A DNA stretch of 34,342 bases from Nitrospirota bacterium (GCA_029858565.1 JAOUEV010000037.1:1-34342); one strand, 5' to 3'; counted from the stretch's first letter, positions 1-7,956 are shown. Translations and numbers: made by a program. The notes: generated by a model from the letters alone, not told the origin.

Positions 1-53
1 CGGGGACATTGAACAGCGTTCTCAAGCAGGCGAAACTGAAGGAGGTCACGTAG
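1..53 (+). CDS. hicA: HicA family mRNA interferase toxin, C-terminal end only (5' partial)
   Basis: Frame from nt 3 reads GTLNSVLKQAKLKEVT*, the typical HicA C-terminal GTLxxILKQA motif; it ends 2 nt before hicB. Confidence 0.8.
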   Translation, partial: GTLNSVLKQAKLKEVT

Positions 54-55
54 CC

Positions 56-268
56 ATGAGGCGATTTCTCATCGTAATAGAAAAAGCCGGTGATAACTTT
101 TCGGCATATTCGCCGGACTTGCCGGGCTGCGTTGCGACCGGGTCCACGCGTGAAGACACCGAGAAAAACATGTATGAGGCCATCGAAATGCATGTCAAGG
201 GTCTTCGGGAAGACAATCTTCCGATCCCCGAATCCACGTCATTCGCTGAGTTCGTGGCAGTGCCTTGA
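56..268 (+). CDS. hicB: HicB family antitoxin (short form)
   Basis: IVIEKAGDNFSAYSPDLPGCVATGSTREDT...EAIEMHVKGLRED..PIP is a HicB signature; GGAGG RBS at 41-45. Confidence 0.9.
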   Translation: MRRFLIVIEKAGDNFSAYSPDLPGCVATGSTREDTEKNMYEAIEMHVKGLREDNLPIPESTSFAEFVAVP

Positions 269-404
269 ATTCCGGTAGTAATGCTTTCCTGTCACTAGCT
301 GATTGCAAAAATAGCGATTATTGTGTTTACAATACTGTCTTGCCTCTGCTATACGCTCGCAGCTTCCTCTTCAACTATGAATAAACAGCTTAAGGTGAAC
401 GATC

Positions 405-557
405 ATGGCGGTTCCTGATTTTCAGTCTTTCTTCAAGCCTCTATTGGATGTTGCCGCTGACGGCAAGGAACATTCAATGAAAGAAGCGCGGCGAACCGTC
501 CTCACTCGATGCGATGTGATCAATTTACCAGGCATTCCCCGCTTCCTCTGTTTCTGA
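405..557 (+). pseudogene. mrr: Truncated Mrr restriction endonuclease N-terminal (Mrr_N) fragment
   Basis: My translation MAVPDFQSFFKPLLDVAADGKEHSMKEARR matches the Mrr N-terminus pattern (MAIPDYQ..M.PLL...ADG.EH). It degenerates after about 30 aa and stops at codon 51. Not in the ORF track. Confidence 0.7.
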
Positions 558-565
558 TATCCTCT

Positions 566-757
566 ATGACTAAGCTTCATACAACCGAAAGTGCGGCGGC
601 GTATCTCAATGTGACACCGGCGAGAGTACGCCAACTGATAATTGAAAAGCGCATCAAGTCGGAGAAGTACGGGCGAGACCATCTGATTTCTGAGAGCGAA
701 TTAAAACAATATGCGGTGAACGGCAAAAAGAAGGCGGGCAGGCCGCCCAAGAAATAA
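566..757 (+). CDS. Excisionase/MerR-like HTH_17 DNA-binding protein with C-terminal GRP (AT-hook-like) tail
   Basis: LHTTESAAAYLNVTPARVRQLIIEKRIKSEKYGRDHLI fits HTH_17; tail KKKAGRPPKK. Start moved to ATG 566 within track ORF 509..757. Confidence 0.8.
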   Translation: MTKLHTTESAAAYLNVTPARVRQLIIEKRIKSEKYGRDHLISESELKQYAVNGKKKAGRPPKK

Positions 758-758
758 C

Positions 759-787
759 TTGCGCTTGCGTTAGCAATATCGTATAAT
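759..787 (+). promoter_or_regulatory. Sigma70-type promoter of the MTase gene, probably leaderless
   Basis: TTGCGC (759-764), 17 nt, TATAAT (782-787), then 6 nt to ATG 794; no SD sequence. Confidence 0.6.
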
Positions 788-793
788 CTTTCG

Positions 794-1702
794 ATGAAAA
801 CCAAGAGAAAATCGCCATCCGGAAAAGCAACGACGGAACTCGTGCTTTCCGCGTATAACGGCGACAACAGCGAGGTATTCCCCCATGTGCTTCGGCTGCA
901 TGTTCCTGCAGGCGCAAAGGTGGCGGACGTGACCTACGGCAAGGGGGTGTTTTGGAAGAATATACCTGCAGCTGAATACAAGCTGCTGGCGTCTGACTTA
1001 AAATCCGGCGTGGATTGCCGCCATCTTCCCTATGGTGATGGAGAGATTGACTGTGTTGTACTCGATCCTCCTTATATGGAGGGTCTTTTCCGAAGTGATA
1101 ATTCCTTTGCCGGCAATGGGACACATTCCTCGTTCCGCGACCATTACTCGAACGGCGACAGGCCGTCAGCGCTGGCCAACAAGTGGCATGACGCGGTGCT
1201 TGAGTTATACATAAGAGCGGCCATCGAAGCAAAGCGGGTGCTGAAGCGCCACGGCGTGCTTATTGTGAAGTGCCAGGACGAAGTGAGCGCGGGCATCCAG
1301 CGTATGACCCACATCGAGATCATCCTGAACCTCATGCGCATGGGCTTCTATGCAAAGGATATTTTCGTCATGATGCGGCGAAACAAGCCGGGGGTTACCA
1401 GGGTGATCAAACAATTACACGCAAGAAAGAACCACTCGTACTTCCTGGTCTTCCAACTCGGAGCGACAAAGTCCAAACTGAACTCGATCAACATTATGCG
1501 CGATTTAACAGACGTTCAAGAAGGGGAATTGGGCTTGCAATATACGGAGGCTGCAACGGCCACGACACCGGCATTAGTGTTGCGAGAAGCTTCCGCTGAA
1601 TGGAGGGAGGGTAGTTCCGGAAAGTGCTGCGCGGAAGGTCGTCGTTCAGCGCGAAAGCGAAGCGCCACTTCTCTTCGAAAGAAAAAAGGTTTACCGCGAT
1701 GA
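794..1702 (+). CDS. Amino (N6-A/N4-C) DNA methyltransferase of a Type II RM system
   Basis: SAM-binding VADVTYGKG precedes catalytic VVLDPPY; LIVKCQD and [12 protein letters not shown] motifs present; the C-terminal ~70 aa overlap the REase antisense. Confidence 0.85.
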   Translation: MKTKRKSPSGKATTELVLSAYNGDNSEVFPHVLRLHVPAGAKVADVTYGKGVFWKNIPAAEYKLLASDLKSGVDCRHLPYGDGEIDCVVLDPPYMEGLFRSDNSFAGNGTHSSFRDHYSNGDRPSALANKWHDAVLELYIRAAIEAKRVLKRHGVLIVKCQDEVSAGIQRMTHIEIILNLMRMGFYAKDIFVMMRRNKPGVTRVIKQLHARKNHSYFLVFQLGATKSKLNSINIMRDLTDVQEGELGLQYTEAATATTPALVLREASAEWREGSSGKCCAEGRRSARKRSATSLRKKKGLPR

Positions 1703-2093
1703 TGTCAAACTCGCCAACGAGCAGGCAGGTAGTCTCGACGGTCTTGCCGCCGACTTTGATCTTACGGCGGTCGCTCGCGTCGCATTGATACTTGCCGACG
1801 TATCCATCTTCGGTCTTTTTGATGCTGTTTGTCTGAAGGGATTTGCACTCTATCGTGAAATTTATTCCTTTGTAAGTGACGATGAGATCGCCTTTTCGGC
1901 TTCGGTCATGATCGTCGGCTTTGTGCACATTCTCATAACGCGGTCCGGTAAAGTGCATCTTCCGCAATTTGTATTCGGCTATATAGCCGAGCATGAGACC
2001 TCGCATACTCGGATTCTGCTGGATGATCTCGGTAAGTTCCTTCTCCGTCAGGTCCCACCGTTTAAGTATGCTTTTACGTTCACCTGGTGACAT
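1494..2093 (-). CDS. Putative Type II restriction endonuclease (PD-(D/E)xK fold)
   Basis: GYIAE...[15 protein letters not shown] gives the E...D..ExK core; it converges on the MTase; GGAGA RBS upstream. Confidence 0.7.
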   Translation of the reverse strand: MSPGERKSILKRWDLTEKELTEIIQQNPSMRGLMLGYIAEYKLRKMHFTGPRYENVHKADDHDRSRKGDLIVTYKGINFTIECKSLQTNSIKKTEDGYVGKYQCDASDRRKIKVGGKTVETTCLLVGEFDIIAVNLFSFEEKWRFAFALNDDLPRSTFRNYPPSIQRKLLATLMPVSWPLQPPYIASPIPLLERLLNRA

Positions 2094-2364
2094 GCCGTCT
2101 CCTGTTCCTTCTCTGTATTCCCCGGTTGTTTGGCGCGAAGCATTTTAGCCGCTGGAAATGTTATCGGGGATTCTAACAGATTTTAGCTTTATGTCAAGCA
2201 GGAGCGCTCCATGACATGACTTTGCATGTTTTTTTTGTCCGATAAGCAGCAGCTAGCTGTTTGCGTGCTCAATCTAATAAAGAAGACGCAATTTCCTTCA
2301 ACAATGCTGATATCTCTATTGAGCTTTCGGTGTGATGATGTCACATCGGTTGCCAGAGTTGACG

Positions 2365-3057
2365 ATGTCCCTATATCTTTCCAACTATAAAACAAAAGTC
2401 CGCTCTGCAATCAAGTTGTTTTGGAGCAAGAGGGGAACGGGCAATGCCAAGAAACCGCCCACAAGCGAGATGGATGGTTTCAAGGATCTCGTGGTTGATA
2501 TTGTATGCGCCAACGGGCTGACAAGAGGAAATGTCTTGTCGCCGGATCAATCGGTCACGCTGCCGGGGCATTATTCCGCGACCCAATCATGGGATGTTGT
2601 TGTGGTAAACGAAGGCCGGTTGATCACGGCTATCAAGTTTGATTTTCTGCTCGGCCCATCGCTTGCCACGGGTATGAATGGCATGTGCAATGAAATCCTC
2701 GGCAGGGCTATGGAACTGCGGGGCACATTCAGCAGAAAAGCTTTTGGGGGAATCCGAAAACCTTTCGTGGGCTACTTGTTGCTGCTTGAGGATGCCCCGG
2801 CATCCCGCGCGCCAGTCCGGAATGTTTCTCCTCATTTCCGGCTGTTTCCCGAATTTCGCGAGACTTCCTATGCCGAACGTTACGATCACCTGTGCTGGAA
2901 ACTGATGGCCGAGAATCTCTATTCATCCGCTGCTGTTATCGTTTCGCCGCGATCCGCTTCCAAGTCAGGCTCTTATTCCGAAATGAGCGAACTGACCGGC
3001 CTGAAATCGTTTGTCACGACGTTGGCGGGACATATTGCAGCCGAGGCCGCTATGTGA
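2365..3057 (+). CDS. XhoI/PaeR7I family restriction endonuclease homolog with altered catalytic motif
   Basis: MDGFKDLVVDIVCANGL, TLPG, WDVVVVNEG, PFVGYLLLLEDAP, SPHF..FPEF...SY..RY..LC.KL..E.LY and LAGHIAAEA all match the XhoI family; the expected EFKSQ reads KFDFL. Confidence 0.8.
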   Translation: MSLYLSNYKTKVRSAIKLFWSKRGTGNAKKPPTSEMDGFKDLVVDIVCANGLTRGNVLSPDQSVTLPGHYSATQSWDVVVVNEGRLITAIKFDFLLGPSLATGMNGMCNEILGRAMELRGTFSRKAFGGIRKPFVGYLLLLEDAPASRAPVRNVSPHFRLFPEFRETSYAERYDHLCWKLMAENLYSSAAVIVSPRSASKSGSYSEMSELTGLKSFVTTLAGHIAAEAAM

Positions 3058-3099
3058 CGCGCAGGGGCCTTCAACCGGCTTTACACCTGCCAAAACTAC

Positions 3100-3127
3100 G
3101 AGATTGCTTCGATTCGCTCGCAAAGAC
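3100..3127 (+). repeat. REP-like repeat half (GAGATTGCTTCG..CTCGCAAWGAC type)
   Basis: gagattgcttcgattcgctcgcaaagac lies between convergent genes and resembles a widespread extragenic repeat as recalled from memory. Confidence 0.5.
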
Positions 3128-3151
3128 AACAACGGTTATCTTCCTAAACTC

Positions 3152-4462
3152 TTATAACCCTCGCTCATCCAGCAGCTTCTTCTTCCGCTTCTCGAATTCC
3201 CGCTCGCTGATCTCGCCTTTGAGCTTCTGATCCGTCAACGCCCGCAGTTGTATTCTCAAATCATCGGCATCGGACGCTGTGCTTCCCGTGACCGCAGAGA
3301 CAAGTTCGATGCGCTTCTTGAGATTATCGATCTTCCGCAGCAGTGCCGCCTCGCTTTTGATTTCCGAGAGTGCGAGCTTCATCGGCGCGTTTCCGTACCA
3401 GTGAGTGTAATCCGGATTCTGGTGAAAGGCGCCCTTGAATGCGATCAGGGCGTAGAACTGCTTCAGCTTGAAGAAACTACTCTCGACTGACGAGAGGTTT
3501 TCGTACAGCATATGGGGTCCGATGACGAAGGTCGCGCCGAAGAGGGGATGCGGCGGACGGTCGGAAGGCGCAGGAACTAGCAGGCCGTCCCTGTGCAGTC
3601 CCTCGACGATCGCCAGTGCCTCGGCAACGATTTTTTCGCTCTGCTCCGCGACGCCGTCCGCGTCAGCCAGGCTCCGCGCCGCGAACTCCCGGGTATGGCA
3701 TTTGCTGCAGAGGGCGATCATCCGGTCCCGCTCCTGCTTCCGCAGAGCCGAGGTCGCTGACAGGCCCGTGGCGATTCCCCGGCTTACGTTGTGCGAACCG
3801 CCTTCCATGTGGCAGTCGACGCAGGAAGGTCCGGATTTCCCGCCGGACTGCTTGTACAGTACGCCGTGTTGCGACGTTTCCCACGCCTCCAGCTGCGGGT
3901 GGTCCGGGCCCATGTGGCAGACGCCGCAGGTGCCGGGGTTCCGGGCAGTTGCCTGGTCCGTTCCGTGCTTGGTATGGCAGGTATCGCAGGAGGTCTCCAC
4001 GCGATGGCAGGAACCGCATCCCTGGCGCTGCATCTCCGGCGTTTGGGCAAGGAACATCGCGCATTCGGTTTTCACGAGCGGGGCCGCGGACCCGTCCTTG
4101 TGGCAGAAGGCGCAGCTCTTGTCCCGCTCCGCGCCCGGAGGCAGGTTCCGGGTGCACGCCTGGCCGGACTTCAGGCCGACGGCATGCTTGCTCAGGCGGT
4201 GGCTTGCCAAGGCGTCCTTGTGGCAGGAGCCGCAGACCTCGGCAGTTACCGGTCTTTTCCGTCCGTGGCTCGCTTCCACGTTTCCGCCGTGGCAGTCAGC
4301 GCATGCCACGTTCTTCCGGAAATGGACGCTTTCTTTCCAGTAGGCCACGATGCCGGGTGTTTTCCGCTCATGGCAGGAGAGGCAGGGATCGTCGGCCTGG
4401 GCAGGCGCGGCGGCGCAGACCGGGATGAGCAGGGACAACAGGGCGATACGCGTGAGCTTCAT
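3152..4462 (-). CDS. Hydroxylamine-oxidoreductase-like multiheme cytochrome c, 9 CxxCH, with C-terminal SHOCT-like domain
   Basis: Sec signal ending AQA-D. CxxCH motifs: CLSCH, CADCH, CGSCH, CAFCH, CGSCH, CDTCH, CGVCH, CVDCH, CSKCH. HAO-family motifs TPGIV, CHMGPDHPQ, S.HG, GAFHQNPDYTHWYG. Tail LRALTDQKLKGEISEREFEKRKKKLL. Confidence 0.88.
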   Translation of the reverse strand: MKLTRIALLSLLIPVCAAAPAQADDPCLSCHERKTPGIVAYWKESVHFRKNVACADCHGGNVEASHGRKRPVTAEVCGSCHKDALASHRLSKHAVGLKSGQACTRNLPPGAERDKSCAFCHKDGSAAPLVKTECAMFLAQTPEMQRQGCGSCHRVETSCDTCHTKHGTDQATARNPGTCGVCHMGPDHPQLEAWETSQHGVLYKQSGGKSGPSCVDCHMEGGSHNVSRGIATGLSATSALRKQERDRMIALCSKCHTREFAARSLADADGVAEQSEKIVAEALAIVEGLHRDGLLVPAPSDRPPHPLFGATFVIGPHMLYENLSSVESSFFKLKQFYALIAFKGAFHQNPDYTHWYGNAPMKLALSEIKSEAALLRKIDNLKKRIELVSAVTGSTASDADDLRIQLRALTDQKLKGEISEREFEKRKKKLLDERGL

Positions 4463-5694
4463 GGATGTTCCTCCGTTTCCCGCAGCAGACCGGCGCGCCG
4501 GTCATCATACTCCTGCCGGGAGATCAGTTCTTCCGCAAGAAGGTTTTGGAGTCGTGCCAGTTTTGACGCAAGCACGCGGTCCAAAGGACGGTCTGCGCCG
4601 GAAAATGACGGAGTGAAATTCCTGAAGAGCAGAAGCCGGCCGTCCGTTGCCACCGCGAGCCGGGTCCCGTCAGGAGACCAGGAGCCGATGCTGCGCGGGG
4701 AATGCGAAAGCAGGGGCTCCCCTCCCGATCCATCGGTCCTGACGAGCGATCCGCCCAAGTAGATGATGCTTCCCCGGGGATTCCAGGAAGGGTACAGGCC
4801 GGCGGGAGCGGCGACCGGCGTCGCATCGTCATTTCGCAGGGTCTGGAGTTCGAGCCTGCCGTTCCCATCCGCCAGGGCAACGCGCGTTCCGTCAGGAGAC
4901 CAGCCTGCGGAAGCATACAGGGTTTCGCGCCCGCTTCCCGGGATGTCGACTGCGGTCCCGGTCAGCGTGTCAATGCGGGTCACCCGGGAATAGGCAGGCA
5001 CGACCGGCGGTTTCAGATGCTCCATGACGAGGAACGACCCATCGAGCGGATTGACGCCTGCGTGCCGCCAGGCAAGGAGCAATTCTCCGTCCGGGTCTTT
5101 CCAGGGGTAGATCTTGCTGAACGTGGAGAGAGTTTTCGCTCTTCCTGTCGCGACGGCATACCGCGAGATCTGGCGGGAGATCTCGGACCCGATGCGGGTT
5201 GCGCTTATGCGGGCCGATACCAGGATCAGGCTGTCCGCATCTAAGGAATAGAGCATGTCCGCCTGCCGGTCGAGGGGCAGCCGAGTCGCACTGAGCCGGT
5301 CCGGATCGACGGCGAATAATGCTGTCTTGTCAGCCTCCCGGGAGAGCGCATACAGCGTGTTGTTTTCCGACCAGGCCAGGGAAGAAGCGCGCGGGATGTC
5401 CGTTTGTTTCTGTTCAAGCGAGTCCGTGTCCACGATGGTCACGGTCTTGCTGATGAACGCGAGACGTTTGCTGTCAGGCGACCAGGCCAGGGCGCCGGGA
5501 CCAGCGGGCACGCCTTTTGCGATCCTCACCGGATGGTAGAACGACGCTGCTGCGGTCAGGGGATCATGCCGGAGGGGGACACAGGCAGGAACGAACAATA
5601 AGAGCGATAGGGCGAGGAACATTCCCGGCGACGGCACAATAATCGTAAAACAGCGGGATCGGCAAATACGCGGGGTGCTGTTCGGAAATTTCAT
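4459..5694 (-). CDS. TolB/WD40-like beta-propeller lipoprotein with C-terminal SHOCT-like domain
   Basis: Repeats LAWSPDSKRLAF, LAWSENN, GWSPDGTRVAL, SWNPRG, SWSPDGTRLAV; hydrophobic stretch with VPA-C lipobox; tail KLARLQNLLAEELISRQEYDDRRAGLL. ATG 5694 overlaps the nadB stop (ATGA). Confidence 0.75.
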   Translation of the reverse strand: MKFPNSTPRICRSRCFTIIVPSPGMFLALSLLLFVPACVPLRHDPLTAAASFYHPVRIAKGVPAGPGALAWSPDSKRLAFISKTVTIVDTDSLEQKQTDIPRASSLAWSENNTLYALSREADKTALFAVDPDRLSATRLPLDRQADMLYSLDADSLILVSARISATRIGSEISRQISRYAVATGRAKTLSTFSKIYPWKDPDGELLLAWRHAGVNPLDGSFLVMEHLKPPVVPAYSRVTRIDTLTGTAVDIPGSGRETLYASAGWSPDGTRVALADGNGRLELQTLRNDDATPVAAPAGLYPSWNPRGSIIYLGGSLVRTDGSGGEPLLSHSPRSIGSWSPDGTRLAVATDGRLLLFRNFTPSFSGADRPLDRVLASKLARLQNLLAEELISRQEYDDRRAGLLRETEEHP

Positions 5695-7280
5695 CTTCTT
5701 GATCTCGTATGTTCCAATACGATCCTCTTCCGCCAGTTCTTCCCCTTCGCGGGAAAATCCGTCCGATAGTGGCCGCCCACGCTGCCTTCGCGCAGCAGCG
5801 CCGCGCGCGTGATCAGGTGAGCCACCTCGATCATGTTCTTGAGTTCCAGGGCCTGTCGCTCGAGCGGCGGGTTTTTGATCATGCGGTACCATTCCCGCAG
5901 TTTCTTTGTTGCCGCCTGGAGTCCTTTCCGGGTGCGCAGGATTCCTGCGTTTTCCCACATGATCTTCCGAAGCGACGTCCTGACAAAATCAATGTCCGAG
6001 GCTGTATTAACGCCGGAATGACGTTTTTCGAGGTCCTTCAGGAACCTGCCGGAGGGGGCTTCCGGCCGTTCTCGGCGCGCGGCGTAGCGGGCGGCCCCCA
6101 GACCGGCCCGTTCGCCGAAGACCAGACCTTCGAGGAGCGAGTTGCTCGCAAGGCGGTTAGCGCCGTGCACGCCGGTGCACGCGGTCTCACCTGCCGCGAA
6201 AAGGCCCGGAACGGTAGTCGCGCCCCAGAGGTCGGTCTTGACGCCGCCCATGATGTAGTGGGCAGCGGGCGAGACCGGGATCTGCTGCCGGGAGATGTCG
6301 ATGCCAAGCTCTTTGCAGGTCCGGTAGATGCGGGGGAAACGCCACATCAAATATTTGTCGAACATATGGGTCATGTCAAGGTAGACGTGGTCCGCGCCGG
6401 TCCGGATCATCTCGGAATGGATTGCCCGGGTGACCACGTCGCGCGGGGCCAGCTCGCGCGCGGGATGGTAGCGGTCCATGAACCGGAGACCGTCGGTGTT
6501 CCGGAGCATGCCGCCTTCGCCGCGCATGGCCTCGGACAGCAGGAATTGGGGCGCGCCCGGCAGGAACAGCGCAGTTGGATGGAACTGGATGAATTCCATG
6601 TCCACGAGCGCTGCGCCGGCGCGCCAAGCCATGGCCATGCCGTCCGCGGTGGATACCGGCGGATTCGTCGTTCTTTCGAAGAGCCGTCCTGCGCCGCCGG
6701 CAGCCAGCAGCACGGCCCGGGCCGAGATCACGAGCACCTTGCCTAAACGTTGCTGGACAACGACCGCGCCGGTGCATCGGCCCTTTTCAATGATCAGGTC
6801 CGCGGTAAAGGCAAAGTCGATCTTCGATGCGCGCTGCGTTGTACGCACCTTGTCGATCAGCACCCGCAGGATCTCATGGCCCGTGGAGTCTCCTTGGGCG
6901 TGCAGGATGCGGCGCTTGGTGTGGGCGGCTTCCTGGGTAAAGGCGAGTTTGCTTCCTTCCTTGTCGAACTCCGCTCCCCATGCGATCAGCTCCCGGATGC
7001 GCGTCGGGCCCTCTTCAACGAGGGTGCCCACGGATTTCCGGGTACAGAGACCGTCGCCCGCCTTGATCGTATCGTCGAAATGGATCGAGATCTCATCCTC
7101 GTCGGAAAGGGCGACCGCAATGCCGCCCTGGGCGTACTCAGTGCTGCTTTCCGACGGCGCGTCCTTGGTCACTACGAGCACGTCGCCGTTGCGAGCAAGT
7201 TCGATCGCGGCACGGAGGCCTGCCACGCCGCCGCCGATGATCAGGAAGTCTGTTGCTAGATGTTCGATGGTGTAGGACAT
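5691..7280 (-). CDS. nadB: L-aspartate oxidase
   Basis: GGGVAGL FAD motif, STEYAQGGIA, EAAHTKRRILHA, EFIQFHPT, LLSEAMRGEG, ELAPRDVV, AHYIMGG, GVHGANRLASNSLLE. Confidence 0.95.
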   Translation of the reverse strand: MSYTIEHLATDFLIIGGGVAGLRAAIELARNGDVLVVTKDAPSESSTEYAQGGIAVALSDEDEISIHFDDTIKAGDGLCTRKSVGTLVEEGPTRIRELIAWGAEFDKEGSKLAFTQEAAHTKRRILHAQGDSTGHEILRVLIDKVRTTQRASKIDFAFTADLIIEKGRCTGAVVVQQRLGKVLVISARAVLLAAGGAGRLFERTTNPPVSTADGMAMAWRAGAALVDMEFIQFHPTALFLPGAPQFLLSEAMRGEGGMLRNTDGLRFMDRYHPARELAPRDVVTRAIHSEMIRTGADHVYLDMTHMFDKYLMWRFPRIYRTCKELGIDISRQQIPVSPAAHYIMGGVKTDLWGATTVPGLFAAGETACTGVHGANRLASNSLLEGLVFGERAGLGAARYAARRERPEAPSGRFLKDLEKRHSGVNTASDIDFVRTSLRKIMWENAGILRTRKGLQAATKKLREWYRMIKNPPLERQALELKNMIEVAHLITRAALLREGSVGGHYRTDFPAKGKNWRKRIVLEHTRSRR

Positions 7281-7286
7281 AGGTAT

Positions 7287-7359
7287 TTCGGATTGCGGAT
7301 TGTAGATTGCGGATTGAAGTTGCTAGGGATTTACTAATCCGCATTCTGCAATCCGCAAT
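7287..7359. repeat. Inverted heptamer (GGATTGC/GCAATCC) repeat hairpin
   Basis: cggattgcggattgtagattgcggattg ... aatccgcattctgcaatccgcaat fills the intergenic gap. Confidence 0.85.
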
Positions 7360-7362
7360 GTA

Positions 7363-7833
7363 TCACTTCACCGGCATGGCCGACTCCGTCGGCACATAGG
7401 GATTCTTGCCTTCGACAGCGAGGACCTTGTACGTCGAAGGGTCGTGGACCACGGTGACCCTTCCTCCGTCCTTCAGGATCTTTCCGCCGCTGGTCTGCCA
7501 CTCAGCGGACCAGGTGAATACCGTTTTGACATTTCCCTGGTACTGGACCATGACGAGCATCCGGGTGTCCTGGACCGTGAACTGTATGGTCTGATAGACA
7601 GCGAAGGTTTTTTCAACGGACCCGCGAAATTTGTCGCGATCCGGATAAGCGGAGGCGATCCTGTCCATGAAGGCTTCGATGTCCCGTTTTTCATAGGCCT
7701 TCGTCAGATCGCGAACCGCTGTCAACGCACCTTCGCCCAGGATCGCCGCTTGCTTCGGCGGATTGGACGCGCAGGATGCCGTGACGAACAAACTGATTAC
7801 CGCAATGAGAACGAGCAGCTGTTTCCGAACCAT
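7363..7833 (-). CDS. Lipoprotein, NTF2/SnoaL-like fold (putative)
   Basis: Signal peptide with TAS-C lipobox; helix AYEKRDIEAFMDRI followed by beta strands; GGAGG RBS. Confidence 0.65.
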   Translation of the reverse strand: MVRKQLLVLIAVISLFVTASCASNPPKQAAILGEGALTAVRDLTKAYEKRDIEAFMDRIASAYPDRDKFRGSVEKTFAVYQTIQFTVQDTRMLVMVQYQGNVKTVFTWSAEWQTSGGKILKDGGRVTVVHDPSTYKVLAVEGKNPYVPTESAMPVK

Positions 7834-7903
7834 GATGCCTCCTGGTAGTTAACGATGTTTGACCCTGTATTTTGGATAATCAATCAACGGCCGGACGAAC
7901 ATT

Positions 7904-7956
7904 TGACAGGATCACAGGAGAAGAATCCGATAACGGAAGACCCTTTCCTCCTGTCA
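7904..7956. repeat. Degenerate ACAGGA-type inverted repeat
   Basis: tgacaggatcacaggag ... ctcctgtca in the gap between uvrA and the lipoprotein gene. Confidence 0.4.

Noticed and set aside
566-757. Prophage or integrative element implied by the excisionase-like gene
   Set aside because: No integrase, att repeats, tRNA or phage genes in the window.
3152-4462. Evidence for nitrification or anammox
   Set aside because: No amo, cycAB or hzs genes; the C-terminal motif looks like reductive HAO-like proteins.
5695-5958. 88-aa N-terminal extension of the propeller ORF given in the track
   Set aside because: It lies inside nadB; the ATGA-coupled start at 5694 is more plausible.
5691-7280. Direct functional coupling of NadB to the cytochrome, or reassignment as a fumarate reductase flavoprotein
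   Set aside because: The sequence has NadB-type motifs and no export signal, whereas the downstream proteins are periplasmic; co-transcription alone is insufficient.
7287-7359. CRISPR array
   Set aside because: Repeats here and elsewhere are 7-9 nt tandem units without spacers; no cas genes.
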